Shown: positions 1 to 9,672 of the stretch, piece after piece
Layout of the letters: each line of letters opens with the position of its first letter
Position numbering within the stretch: position 1 is the stretch's first letter
Origin: Patescibacteria group bacterium
GTDB taxonomy: Bacteria; Patescibacteriota; Minisyncoccia; Phycocordibacterales; UBA9973
NCBI GenBank assembly: GCA_028868715.1
Contig: JAGWUB010000001.1
Span: 119,206-183,205 of the forward strand
DNA: 64,000 nucleotides
Reading direction: 5' to 3'
Translations under genes and position numbers: made by a program
Notes under the pieces: generated by a model
What the model was told of the DNA's origin: nothing
Databases searched by the model: none
The model's input: the letters and a program-made list of their open reading frames with translations, nothing else

Positions 1-1366
1 TGATTTATTGACCCGCGGAGTGGGAGAGTTTATTGACCCCGAAGGTATATTTCGCAAAAAGCTTGAAAATAATCCTGAAAAAATTGTAATCAAGTTTGGG
101 ATTGATCCAACCAGACCAGATATTCACATCGGACATGCAGTGGTGCTTCATAAATTGCGTAAGTTTCAAGACCTAGGTTGCAAGGTTATTTTTTTAGTTG
201 GTGATTATACTGGGATGATTGGTGACCCCACTGGAAAAAGTAAAATACGCCCTGAAATACAATTGGCTGAAATTCAAGCTAATATGAAAACTTACCTTGT
301 TCAAGTTGGTAAGATTTTAAACGAAAACGCCGAAGTGTTTTCCTGGATTAAAAACTCCGATTGGTTTACTGATGTTTCAGACGTTATTCCTGGGCCAGAC
401 TCTGTTACCAATATTGAAATAATGGAAGGGGATACAAAAAAAATTTACTCCATAGACCCCAACTCATTTCCAGGTAAAGCGATAATTCTTGAAAATTCCA
501 GAATGCAAAAGATAGATTTAAAAAATCCCCAAATTCATAGCGTTTCACTTTCTGGAGTTTTAAGAACTCTGCGTCAGATTACCCATTCTCGTCTTATTGC
601 TCGGGATATGTTCAAAGAGCGCTTAAAAAAAGGTGAAGAATTATATATGAATGAAATGCTTTATCCGGTGTTGCAAGGACTAGACTCGCATGTACTAGAG
701 AAAGTTTATGGTGCTTGTGATCTTGAAATTGGTGGCACCGACCAAACCTTTAATATGCTTATGGGACGAGATGTAATGAAAATGTATAAACAACCTGAAC
801 AGGCAGTCCTATCAATTAAACTACTAGAAGGAACTGACGGTAAAGAAAAAATGTCTAAAAGCTTAGATAATTATATTGGAATTACTGATGAGCCAAATGA
901 TATGTATGGCAAGGTGATGTCTATTCCAGATTCCTCTATCGAGAATTATTTTGAACTTTGTACTTTTACACCAATGGCGGAAGTTGAAGAAATTCGTAAA
1001 AAACTCAAGAAAGTATCAGTTAATCCAAAAGATTTAAAAATGAGCTTGGCTCGTCAAATTGTTTCTATCTATCACGGAGAACCAAAAGCGATAGAAGCTG
1101 AAAATAATTTTGTAAATACTTTTCAGAAAAAAGAAATTCCAGAATCTATACCTGAGATAAAAGGTAAAATTGGTGAAGTATTAAGTGAGGTTTTGGTGAA
1201 TAATAAAATTTTGCCATCAAAAAGTGAATGGCGCAGACTGGTGTCCACAAATTCCATTCACAACCTAGATGACAAAAAAATTATCACAGATGTGGATCTA
1301 AAAGTACAAGAGAACTTAACTCTTAAAATTGGTAAGAAAAAATTTATTAGAATTGTGATAAATTAA
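1..1366 (+). CDS. tyrS: Tyrosyl-tRNA synthetase (5' end probably lies before the window)
   Basis: KFGIDPT..HIGH and KMSKS class I motifs, YPVLQGLD, GGTDQTFN, C-terminal S4-like domain. Confidence 0.95.
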   Translation, partial: DLLTRGVGEFIDPEGIFRKKLENNPEKIVIKFGIDPTRPDIHIGHAVVLHKLRKFQDLGCKVIFLVGDYTGMIGDPTGKSKIRPEIQLAEIQANMKTYLVQVGKILNENAEVFSWIKNSDWFTDVSDVIPGPDSVTNIEIMEGDTKKIYSIDPNSFPGKAIILENSRMQKIDLKNPQIHSVSLSGVLRTLRQITHSRLIARDMFKERLKKGEELYMNEMLYPVLQGLDSHVLEKVYGACDLEIGGTDQTFNMLMGRDVMKMYKQPEQAVLSIKLLEGTDGKEKMSKSLDNYIGITDEPNDMYGKVMSIPDSSIENYFELCTFTPMAEVEEIRKKLKKVSVNPKDLKMSLARQIVSIYHGEPKAIEAENNFVNTFQKKEIPESIPEIKGKIGEVLSEVLVNNKILPSKSEWRRLVSTNSIHNLDDKKIITDVDLKVQENLTLKIGKKKFIRIVIN

Positions 1367-1390
1367 AAAACCCCGCTAAGCGGGGTTTTT
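1365..1390. terminator. Bidirectional intrinsic terminator
   Basis: AAAAAA-CCCCGC-TAA-GCGGGG-TTTTT directly after the tyrS stop. Confidence 0.85.
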
Positions 1391-1392
1391 AT

Positions 1393-1533
1393 TTATCCAT
1401 CTCTCTCTGGGTTTTCATCTTCTAAATCATAATCATCTGGAATACTTTCGATGCCATCTGAAAACTCATCGTCATCATCATCGTAACTATTCATTTTAAA
1501 ACCATCTGAAAACTCATCGTCATCGTAACTCAT
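1393..1533 (-). CDS. 46-aa highly acidic micro-protein with an internal duplication
   Basis: Manual translation MSYDDDEFSDGFKMNSYDDDDDEFSDGIESIPDDYDLEDENPERDG*; converges on the tyrS terminator; too short for the ORF track. Confidence 0.55.
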   Translation of the reverse strand: MSYDDDEFSDGFKMNSYDDDDDEFSDGIESIPDDYDLEDENPERDG

Positions 1534-1747
1534 AAAAAATCAAATAAAATAGTGTTTCTTTTATTAAGCGACCTTATAATGCCTCCTTTGTAACAAAATA
1601 CAAAACACTTGGCAATAGCAAAATGACCAAAATGTGGATAACTAGATCTGTATTGTTTCTTTGGTTTTTTTGTGTTATATAAAAAACAGAAAAGACAACA
1701 AAAGTAAGTTATGGTGGCTTACTGGGACGTGTTCTTTTAGGAGTAAT

Positions 1748-1918
1748 ATGGTTGAAATAGAACAAACAACGTCTTTAGGGAGCCTTGATCCTGATCGTCC
1801 TTTGCCGAAAGACGAGTTTCAGGACCCACCATTGGATCCTGAAAAAACAAACAAGACCTGGCAGTTTTGCCAGGAATACGTTACCTCTTATGAGGACGAC
1901 CCTCCAAAGGAGTGGTAA
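1748..1918 (+). CDS. Small orphan acidic/proline-rich protein (56 aa)
   Basis: AGGAG SD before ATG 1748; followed by hairpin GCCGGG..CCCGGC and a T-tract. Confidence 0.5.
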   Translation: MVEIEQTTSLGSLDPDRPLPKDEFQDPPLDPEKTNKTWQFCQEYVTSYEDDPPKEW

Positions 1919-1975
1919 GCTTTATTATGGGGGAAAATTAAGTGCCGGGACCATATGGACCCGGCCATTTTTATT

Positions 1976-2458
1976 TTAATTATTTTTCATATAGGCAAAG
2001 GCAGTCAGTGCTATTGCTATTGCATCTAGCTCATCATCAGAGGTTTTATTTTTTTCTACCTCCACGAGCATCTGCACCATTTTCATTATTTGATTTTTAT
2101 CTGCTCGGCCATAGCCAGTGGTAGCCACTTTTATTTGTAAGGGAGTTGCTTCAAAGATTTTTAATTCTACTTGTACAGCTTCATATATCACAACTCCGCG
2201 GGCTTCAGCCACCCGCATGACAGTCTTTTGGTTGCTGGTTAAAAATAAAGTTTCAATGGACAAAACTTCTGGTTTAAATTTTTTTATTACCTTGCGCACC
2301 TCTTCGCCAAGCAAAAGTAGTCTTTCAGAAAAATCTAACTTTGCTGAAGTTTTAAAACATTCTGAAAAAATAACTTTTTCTCGCTTGTCACCTTTATTTT
2401 TTTCTAAAACTGCAACTCCCAACCTCTCATACCCTGGGTCTATTCCTAAAATTCTCAT
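1976..2458 (-). CDS. ruvC: Holliday junction resolvase RuvC
   Basis: MRILGIDPG, E-TLF, EARGV, TGYGRADK, DDELDAIAIA motifs. Confidence 0.95.
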   Translation of the reverse strand: MRILGIDPGYERLGVAVLEKNKGDKREKVIFSECFKTSAKLDFSERLLLLGEEVRKVIKKFKPEVLSIETLFLTSNQKTVMRVAEARGVVIYEAVQVELKIFEATPLQIKVATTGYGRADKNQIMKMVQMLVEVEKNKTSDDELDAIAIALTAFAYMKNN

Positions 2459-2762
2459 AAATAGATTTTAACATTATTTGTTATGTGTGGATAATTTACT
2501 TGCATTATGTATAAATATATGGTTTCCTTAATAGGAAGGTAACAATCAAGCTGTTCTTTAAGGCTTGTGGAAGTGCCACAACCCAACAACCGTTCTACTT
2601 TTTCTTATGAAGAAGTTTAGATAGGTCAGGCAAGGACCCATAAAGCTTGCCTCGAAACTAAAAAAATAGACGCTTTTTAAAAACAGCGTCGGACTCTGTG
2701 TCACTCTTGTCGCGCCAGCTGCTACTTTGCACTCCGGCAGGAGAACAGATGTACCATACAAT

Positions 2763-2801
2763 AAGCACTAGGACCTTTTTGGACACTAGTGCTTTTCTTT
2801 T
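2763..2801. terminator. Intrinsic terminator at the ruvB 3' end
   Basis: AAGCACTAG..CTAGTGCTT stem with flanking T-tract. Confidence 0.6.
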
Positions 2802-3833
2802 TTATAACAACTTTTCCTGACCCCCTTTAATATCAAAACCAAGATGCTCGTATGCTTTATTGGTAGCCACGCGTCCACGAGCAGTGCGTTCCAGTAGTCC
2901 GAGTTGGATTAAGTATGGCTCAATCACTTCTTCTACGGTAGCTTCTTCTTCGCTCATTGCGGCGGCAATAGTTTTTATTCCCACTGGTCCACCACCAAAT
3001 TTATCTATTAGTATTTCCAGAAATTTTCTATCTGACGTATTTAAACCGATGTCATCAATCGCCAACATATTCAGCGCATCTTTTACCATTTTTTTATCTA
3101 ATTTTCCCCCTCCACCATTTTGGCTTACTTGCGCAAAATCACGAACTCTTTTCAAAAAGTAATTTGCCGTACGTGGAGTAAATCGGCTGCGCTTGGCAAT
3201 TTCTTTTAAAGCCTCTTCCTCTAATTCTATTTCTAGCAATTTACTTGATCTATCTACTATTTTCCCAATTTCTTCATTGGAATAAAATTCCAATCTAAAA
3301 ACTCCACCGGAAAACCTAGAGCGAAGAGGGGAGGAAACGAGCGCCACCCGAGTGGTCGCTGCTATTAAAGTAAACGGTGGTAGATCCAATTGAATTGTGC
3401 GGGCTGAGGGACCCTTACCAATGATGATATCTAGGACACCAGACTCCATAGCAGGGTAGAGGATTTCTTCTACCATTTTATTCAATCTATGGATTTCATC
3501 TATAAATAGAATGTCCCCAGAGGTTAAGTTGGTCAAAATAGAGGCTAAATCACCGACTTTCTCTATGGCTGGTCCGGAAGTAATTTTCATTTGTCTACCA
3601 GTTTCATGGGCTATTAGGTGAGCAAGGGTAGTTTTCCCAAGTCCTGGCGGACCATAAAAAAGGATGTGTTCTGGAATATGCCCACGGCCGCTCGCAGCAT
3701 CAAGCAGTATTTTAACGTTGTCTTTTATGTGTTTTTGGCCGATGTATTCATTCCAGCGGGTAGGGCGGAGGGTTTGATCTAGGAAAGAATCATCAGTCTT
3801 TTCACCATTCTTTTTTGATTTAGTACTTGACAT
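2802..3833 (-). CDS. ruvB: Holliday junction branch migration helicase RuvB
   Basis: LRP..YIGQ, GPPGLGKTTLA, LFIDEIHRL, GGPVG, EPYLIQ..RTARGR. Confidence 0.97.
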   Translation of the reverse strand: MSSTKSKKNGEKTDDSFLDQTLRPTRWNEYIGQKHIKDNVKILLDAASGRGHIPEHILFYGPPGLGKTTLAHLIAHETGRQMKITSGPAIEKVGDLASILTNLTSGDILFIDEIHRLNKMVEEILYPAMESGVLDIIIGKGPSARTIQLDLPPFTLIAATTRVALVSSPLRSRFSGGVFRLEFYSNEEIGKIVDRSSKLLEIELEEEALKEIAKRSRFTPRTANYFLKRVRDFAQVSQNGGGGKLDKKMVKDALNMLAIDDIGLNTSDRKFLEILIDKFGGGPVGIKTIAAAMSEEEATVEEVIEPYLIQLGLLERTARGRVATNKAYEHLGFDIKGGQEKLL

Positions 3834-3980
3834 TGGTTTTATAATATGCTATATTGTAGGAGTAATACATTTATCAACACAGTATACACATAGCTATACA
3901 CATTATAGCATTTACGTATATTTCTATGTAGTACAATGTATTTAGACAGTAATCCGCTAGAGGCGGATATGTTTTTTAAA

Positions 3981-4133
3981 AAAGAAGACATTAATCTCTA
4001 AGCAATCAGCCACCGGTTATATGATTTTGCGTAGGACGTTTTGGTAAATTTATTTACTGGTGCTATCCTATAATAATTTATTACTTTTGGAGTTCAGCTC
4101 TAAAAGGATTGTTTAGAGATTAATGTTTTTTTT
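3981..4133 (+). ncRNA. Candidate structured RNA or long inverted-repeat element
   Basis: 27-bp uninterrupted stem 3981-4007/4107-4133 whose three non-Watson-Crick pairs are all G-U on the + strand; encloses two further hairpins. Confidence 0.4.
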
Positions 4134-4138
4134 ATTTT

Positions 4139-5836
4139 CTACTCTTCATTGAGATCTACCACACTGCGCACTTCTGCAATTGAAGTAATACCATTTAAGA
4201 TTTTTACGATGCCATCCTGACGCATGGTCAGTGTGCCTTGATTGCGAGCTACAACTTTTATTTCACGCTCGCTTGGATTCTCTGGTATTATTTTTTCTAT
4301 GGCTTCATCAGTGATAATAGCTTCAAAAATTCCTATTCGCCCATTAAAACCGGTCATGTTACATTTTTCACAACCAACGGCAGTAAAAATTTTAAAAGGT
4401 GCTTCAGGGTTTATATTGTAATTACTCAAACTTTTACCTTCTGCTTTTATACTTTCCATAACTAATTTTACAGTTTTATTTTCTTCGTCAGTTAAAGCTT
4501 GTTCCTTTTTACAGAAAGTACAAAGTTTACGCACTAACCGCTGGGCGATAGATAGCGACAATGCTGAAACTAAAATCTTTGGATTAACCCCAAGGTCAAT
4601 CAAACGAGGAATCACTCCAGCAGCATTGTTGGTGTGGAGGGTAGAGAAGACCATGTGTCCTGTCAAAGCTGACTGAACTGCAATCTCAGCAGTTTCTCTG
4701 TCACGTATTTCCCCAACCATTATTACATCAGGATCTTGTCGCAAGGCCGAGCGTAGTCCTTCAGCAAAGTTATAACCCTTCTTTTCGTTTGTTTGGGTTT
4801 GAGTTATTCCAGGGAGATGATATTCTACTGGATCTTCAATGGTTATTATATTTATTTCTTTAGAATATATTTTTCTTAAAAAGGCATATAGGGTAGTTGT
4901 TTTTCCAGATCCAGTCGGACCAGTGACTAGAATCAAGCCATTTGGTTTTACGATTTCTTTTTCAATAATACTAAAAAGATAAGGTTCAATTCCGATCTCT
5001 TCAAGATTCACTTGGATGGACTTCGGATCTAGTATACGCATGACAATAGCTTCACCATATGACCCAGGAATAAGTGAACAACGGATGCTTATTTCTTCGT
5101 CACCTTCCATAATATTGAAACGTCCATCTTGGGCAATCTTTGAGGTTAGTTTCATTTGAGACAATAGTTTTATGCGGGAGTTTAAAAGATGATACACATC
5201 TAAGTCAAAGAAATTTATATCTTGCAATACACCATCCAAGCGGAGTCGGAGTCTGCTGCGTTCTTTTTCTGGTTCAATATGTATATCCGAAGCTTTGACA
5301 GCGATACCGCCGGCTAGAATTATTTCTAGCAGACGAGAAATTTTATGAATTTTATTTCCCTCCAAAGCTTCCACGATTAATTTTTCAATATCTTGGATGT
5401 GATGGATACTTTTTGCAGTTTCTCTTAAAACCTCCCCAGAAATATCTAAACCACCAACCATAGAGCTTTCCGCCATCGAAATTTCTTTATATCTTTCCCA
5501 GACTTTGTTTAGGCTTGCCTGACTCGCCATATAAAAAGTGGGAATAAGATTTTGGCGTTGCATTAGATCTTTTAATTTTCCAATGAGATCATCATTAGGA
5601 GAGCGCATGGCGATAAAGATATTTTTTCCAAAAAGTTTAAATGGCGCGACTTTCATCTCCAGCGCATCTTTTTCTGAAATAGCCCGGAGGGCTTCGTTGT
5701 CTACACCAATGCGATATAGATCAATATAAGGCATGTGGTATTTTGATTCTGCGAGGACTGCCACCAGTTGCTCTTCTTCTTGTTTGTGTAACTCGTCCAG
5801 ATGTTTGTCTTCTGTTGTATCATCAAAATCTTTCAT
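4139..5836 (-). CDS. pilB: Type IV pilus / type II secretion assembly ATPase (PilB/GspE family)
   Basis: ASDIHIEP, GPTGSGKTTTLY, TIEDPVEY, LRQDPDVIMVGEIRD, TGHMVFSTLHTN, Cys pairs. Confidence 0.9.
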   Translation of the reverse strand: MKDFDDTTEDKHLDELHKQEEEQLVAVLAESKYHMPYIDLYRIGVDNEALRAISEKDALEMKVAPFKLFGKNIFIAMRSPNDDLIGKLKDLMQRQNLIPTFYMASQASLNKVWERYKEISMAESSMVGGLDISGEVLRETAKSIHHIQDIEKLIVEALEGNKIHKISRLLEIILAGGIAVKASDIHIEPEKERSRLRLRLDGVLQDINFFDLDVYHLLNSRIKLLSQMKLTSKIAQDGRFNIMEGDEEISIRCSLIPGSYGEAIVMRILDPKSIQVNLEEIGIEPYLFSIIEKEIVKPNGLILVTGPTGSGKTTTLYAFLRKIYSKEINIITIEDPVEYHLPGITQTQTNEKKGYNFAEGLRSALRQDPDVIMVGEIRDRETAEIAVQSALTGHMVFSTLHTNNAAGVIPRLIDLGVNPKILVSALSLSIAQRLVRKLCTFCKKEQALTDEENKTVKLVMESIKAEGKSLSNYNINPEAPFKIFTAVGCEKCNMTGFNGRIGIFEAIITDEAIEKIIPENPSEREIKVVARNQGTLTMRQDGIVKILNGITSIAEVRSVVDLNEE

Positions 5837-5914
5837 TATACGTAAAGTATACCCTGACGCCCACTTTCTTCAAAGTAAGTGTGTGGGTATAGCTTAAATG
5901 GTATACTTTTTACA

Positions 5915-8344
5915 ATGCCAGGTAATAATAAAACAAAAATCAAGACTCTAGTATTACTGGATGCTCATGCCATAATACACCGCGCTTACCATGCTCTCCC
6001 AGAGTTTTTGTCTTCTGATGGCGTTCCGACCGGAGCATTGTATGGACTCGCCACTATGTTGATGAAGATTATCACTGACTTAAAACCAGATTACATCGTG
6101 GCTTGTTATGATTTACCGCAAAAAACCTTTCGCCATGAAGCGTATGATGCTTATAAAGCTGGAAGAAAAAAAACTGATGACGCCCTAGTCACTCAATTAA
6201 TCAACTCTCGTAGCATATTTGAAGCCTTTAATATTCCCATATATGACAGCCCAGGATTTGAAGCCGATGACGTGCTAGGGACAATTGTAGAAAACCACAA
6301 AAATGATAAAGGGATTAAGATAATAATTGCCTCTGGGGATATGGATACGATGCAGTTGGTAGATGATAAAAAAGTACAAGTTTACACTCTCAAGAAAGGT
6401 ATCAACGACACTATTTTATACGATGAAGATAAAGTCGTGGAGAGATTTCACTTTAAGCCTAAACTTTTGCCAGACTACAAAGGTTTGCGTGGTGACCCAT
6501 CAGACAATATTATTGGTATTAAAGGAATTGGAGAAAAAACGGCTGAAAGCTTGATTCTTAATTTTGGGACTATTGAAGAAATTTATAAGAAAATCAAACA
6601 GGATGAAGGTGCTTTTAAAAAGGCGGGCCTCAGTCCAAGAATGATAGAGTTAATAAAAAATAATGAAGAAGAAGCCTTATTTTCAAAAACTTTAGCAACT
6701 ATTCGCACTGACGCGCCAATAAATTTTACTTTACCTAAAAAAACTTTTTGGGAAAGCGCTGATTTAAAGAAGGTTGAGCAAGTTTTTATGCAGTATGAAT
6801 TTCGAAGTTTATTTGCGAGACTTAAAACTTTTTTTGGAAATAATTCAGCCGAACAGGGTTCAGTAGAATTTTCTCAGGTCCTCGGAGATGGGGCCCCAAC
6901 CCCAACCAGACCATTCCAAAATTCTCCGAACCCTGTTCGGCTGAAAGAAGCTAGTATTGCCCTCTGGCTGATAAATTCTGAAATAGCCAACCCAAAACTA
7001 GAAGATGTGTTGCACTTTGCAAGAACGGAGGATTTTGAAGTCGCTTACGAATATATTTTTAAAAAACTTAAGGAAAAGAAATTGGAAAAGGTTTATGAAG
7101 AAATCGAGCAACCCATAATGTCTATTGTGAAAGAGATGGAAGACCATGGAATTTTAATTGATAAAAAATATTTTACCCAGTTGTCGAACGAATATCACAA
7201 AGAGTTGGATAAATTGACGATCAAGATATATAAAATGGCTGGAACTGAGTTTAACATAAATTCTCCCAAACAATTAGGAGAAGTACTTTTTGATAAATTA
7301 GGGATAACGCCACCTGGGAAAAAAACAGCAAAAAAAAGCGCCAATGGATCTTTCAGTACTAAAATTTCTGTGTTAGAAGAATTAGAACAAGAGAATGAAA
7401 TTATCAAAGAGATAATGGCTTATCGAGAACTTCAAAAATTACTTTCCACCTACATAGATGTGATACCCAAAATGGTTGATGCCAATGATCGACTACACGC
7501 AAAATTTTTACAAAATGGATCTTCAACAGGCAGATTTTCCTCACAGGATCCAAACCTTCAAAATTTGCCGATTAAAACGGAATTGGGTAAAAGAATCAGG
7601 GGAGGGTTTATAGCAGAGAAGGGTTATAAAATTACCGCATTTGACTATAGTCAGATTGAGTTGCGGGTGGTAGCCATGTTGTCAGGAGATAAAAAAATGA
7701 CACAAGTTTTTCGTGAAAAAAAAGATATTCATGCCGGAGTGGCTGCACTTGTTTTTAGTGTACCGATAGATAAAGTCGATAGCGAGATGCGCCGTAAGGC
7801 CAAGGTGATAAATTTCGGTATTATTTATGGTATGGGAGTTACGGCTCTGCGTAAAAATCTAGGAGGCACTAGAGAAGAGGCACAAAAATTCTATGATAAT
7901 TATTTCAATCAATTTTCTGGAGTACGAGATTATTTGGCTGGAGTAAAGAAGTTTGCAGTGGAGCATACCTATACGGAAACATTGTTCGGCCGGAAAAGAA
8001 GTTTCCCAAATATAAATTCCAGAATTCCTTTTTTAAAAAATATGGCCGAACGCACAGCCATCAATGCTCCGGTTCAGGGAACGGCAGCAGATATAATAAA
8101 ACTAGCCATTAGATACACCGACGAAGCTCTTAAAAAAGCAGGTTTACTAAAACAGGTACACTTGATGCTACAAATACATGACGAGCTAGTATACGAGATA
8201 GATGAAAGTGTGCTCACCAAAGCAAGTAAAATAATAAAAGATGCTATGGAAGGTGTACTAATGGAGTCATATTTGCATTATAAAACTGATATACCCCTAG
8301 AAGTTCACTATAATTCTGGTAATAATTTTGGGGAAGTAAAATAA
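5915..8344 (+). CDS. polA: DNA polymerase I (compact; carries an in-frame palindromic insertion)
   Basis: 5'-3' exonuclease motifs (LLDAH, EADD, GDPSDNI), DYSQIELR, AKVINFGIIYG, LQIHDEL; ATG at 5915. Confidence 0.96.
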   Translation: MPGNNKTKIKTLVLLDAHAIIHRAYHALPEFLSSDGVPTGALYGLATMLMKIITDLKPDYIVACYDLPQKTFRHEAYDAYKAGRKKTDDALVTQLINSRSIFEAFNIPIYDSPGFEADDVLGTIVENHKNDKGIKIIIASGDMDTMQLVDDKKVQVYTLKKGINDTILYDEDKVVERFHFKPKLLPDYKGLRGDPSDNIIGIKGIGEKTAESLILNFGTIEEIYKKIKQDEGAFKKAGLSPRMIELIKNNEEEALFSKTLATIRTDAPINFTLPKKTFWESADLKKVEQVFMQYEFRSLFARLKTFFGNNSAEQGSVEFSQVLGDGAPTPTRPFQNSPNPVRLKEASIALWLINSEIANPKLEDVLHFARTEDFEVAYEYIFKKLKEKKLEKVYEEIEQPIMSIVKEMEDHGILIDKKYFTQLSNEYHKELDKLTIKIYKMAGTEFNINSPKQLGEVLFDKLGITPPGKKTAKKSANGSFSTKISVLEELEQENEIIKEIMAYRELQKLLSTYIDVIPKMVDANDRLHAKFLQNGSSTGRFSSQDPNLQNLPIKTELGKRIRGGFIAEKGYKITAFDYSQIELRVVAMLSGDKKMTQVFREKKDIHAGVAALVFSVPIDKVDSEMRRKAKVINFGIIYGMGVTALRKNLGGTREEAQKFYDNYFNQFSGVRDYLAGVKKFAVEHTYTETLFGRKRSFPNINSRIPFLKNMAERTAINAPVQGTAADIIKLAIRYTDEALKKAGLLKQVHLMLQIHDELVYEIDESVLTKASKIIKDAMEGVLMESYLHYKTDIPLEVHYNSGNNFGEVK
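6844..6945. repeat. In-frame palindromic insertion element, family B (polA copy)
   Basis: Perfect 18-bp inverted repeat TTCAGCCGAACAGGGTTC 6844-6861/6928-6945; 102 bp = 34 codons; core resembles 15517-15603. Confidence 0.8.
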
Positions 8345-8393
8345 TTTACCTACCTACCTGCCAGTCGGCAGATTTTGTGGTATAATCCATAAA

Positions 8394-8864
8394 ATGGAAA
8401 CTGAAACTAAAAAGACCCACAAAGCCACAGTACACAGGGTTTTAGCCCACACCTATACAGTGTATTTGGTGTTGTTTTTGGTTGGAGTTTGTCTTGATTT
8501 TATCTTTAAAATTAAAATTTTAGAAGACTCTATCGTGGTACCAGTCGGTTTCTTTTTTCTGGTATTAGCTTCTGTGCTTATCATTTGGGCGCAAAAGACT
8601 GGACGGGACTTGAGAAAAGTTTCTGAAGTAAAAACTGAACATTTTTGCAAGGGTCCATATTGCTATACTCGTATACCTACCCAGTGGGGCCTATTCTTTT
8701 TAATGTTGGGGTTTGGTATTATCACTAATGCTTTTTTTGTAATTTTATCTACAATTGTTTCATTTTTTATTTCAAAATTCTTTTTCCAAAATAAGCATGA
8801 CAAACTTTTGGTTGAAAAATACGGTGATGCTTACGTAGAATACAAAAAATTAGTTAGGTTTTAA
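8394..8864 (+). CDS. Membrane protein, isoprenylcysteine carboxyl methyltransferase/PEMT-like family
   Basis: Several TM helices, GPY..TR.P motif, KYGDAY.EYKK.V C-terminus. Confidence 0.7.
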   Translation: METETKKTHKATVHRVLAHTYTVYLVLFLVGVCLDFIFKIKILEDSIVVPVGFFFLVLASVLIIWAQKTGRDLRKVSEVKTEHFCKGPYCYTRIPTQWGLFFLMLGFGIITNAFFVILSTIVSFFISKFFFQNKHDKLLVEKYGDAYVEYKKLVRF

Positions 8865-8867
8865 ATT

Positions 8868-9515
8868 ATGATATACCTTTTTACAGGGGATGATACTAAA
8901 AAAAAGCTTCCGGCCTATGAAAAATTTATAAAATCCATCCCAGCAGGGACGGAGAAATTTTTCATAAACAGGAATGATCTCAATCCTACGCAGATAGAAA
9001 GTTTTTACTCTGGGAGAGGACTATTCTTTAATAAATGCGCAATTGTATTTTCGGATATTTTAGAACGAGAAGAAGGACGGGAATTTATTTTAAAGAGATT
9101 AAAATTTATGAGCGATTCGGACAACTCTTTTATTTTTTTAGAAAGAAAATTAAACAAGCCGGTGGTAGATGCTTTTAAAAAGCACAAGAGTGAGCTTAAT
9201 ATATTTGAGCTAGCTAAAGAAAAAAAAGAGAAATTTAACAACTTTTTACTGGCTGATGCTTTTGAACAAAAAGATAAGTTGAATCTTTGGATTTATTATC
9301 GACAGGCCGTAGATAAAGGGGTGGGCTTAGAGGAACTCGTCGGGGTACTTTTCTGGAAAGCGAAAGACATGTTCTTGAAACGCAGATTTGGTAAGTTTAA
9401 AGAAGAGCAAGTAAAGAGTTTTGCTGAAAAACTCCCATATCTTTTATCAGAAGCTCGAAAGGCTGGCCGTGATGCCGAAATAGTTTTTGAGCAGTTTTTA
9501 CTAAGCGCTTTTTAA
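8868..9515 (+). CDS. holA: Short DNA polymerase III delta subunit (HolA)-like protein
   Basis: MIYLFTGDD N-terminus, F.LADAF..KDK C-terminal helix pattern. Confidence 0.6.
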   Translation: MIYLFTGDDTKKKLPAYEKFIKSIPAGTEKFFINRNDLNPTQIESFYSGRGLFFNKCAIVFSDILEREEGREFILKRLKFMSDSDNSFIFLERKLNKPVVDAFKKHKSELNIFELAKEKKEKFNNFLLADAFEQKDKLNLWIYYRQAVDKGVGLEELVGVLFWKAKDMFLKRRFGKFKEEQVKSFAEKLPYLLSEARKAGRDAEIVFEQFLLSAF

Positions 9516-9559
9516 TTATCTTGATTTTTAGCCTTATTTCCTATATATTTTGTATTCAA

Positions 9560-9635
9560 GCGCCCGTAGCTCAGTCGGTAGAGCAGCTCCCTTTTAAGGA
9601 GATGGTCGTAGGTTCGATTCCTACCGGGCGCACCA
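9560..9635 (+). tRNA. tRNA-Lys (TTT)
   Basis: GCGCCCG acceptor stem, anticodon loop CTTTTAA, GTTCGATTC, encoded CCA. Confidence 0.95.
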
Positions 9636-9672
9636 ACACAAACCTCGTAAAGAATGTGTTAACATGTAAAGT

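Noticed and set aside
1633-2494. Two perfect DnaA-box sequences TGTGGATAA (1633-1641, 2486-2494) as a replication origin
   Set aside because: Only two isolated boxes, with no dnaA/dnaN or box cluster nearby; at most promoter-associated sites.
8348-8371. ACCT tandem plus CTGCC-AGTC-GGCAG mini-hairpin after polA as a REP-like repeat
   Set aside because: Only a 5-bp stem and a single copy in the window; cannot be supported.
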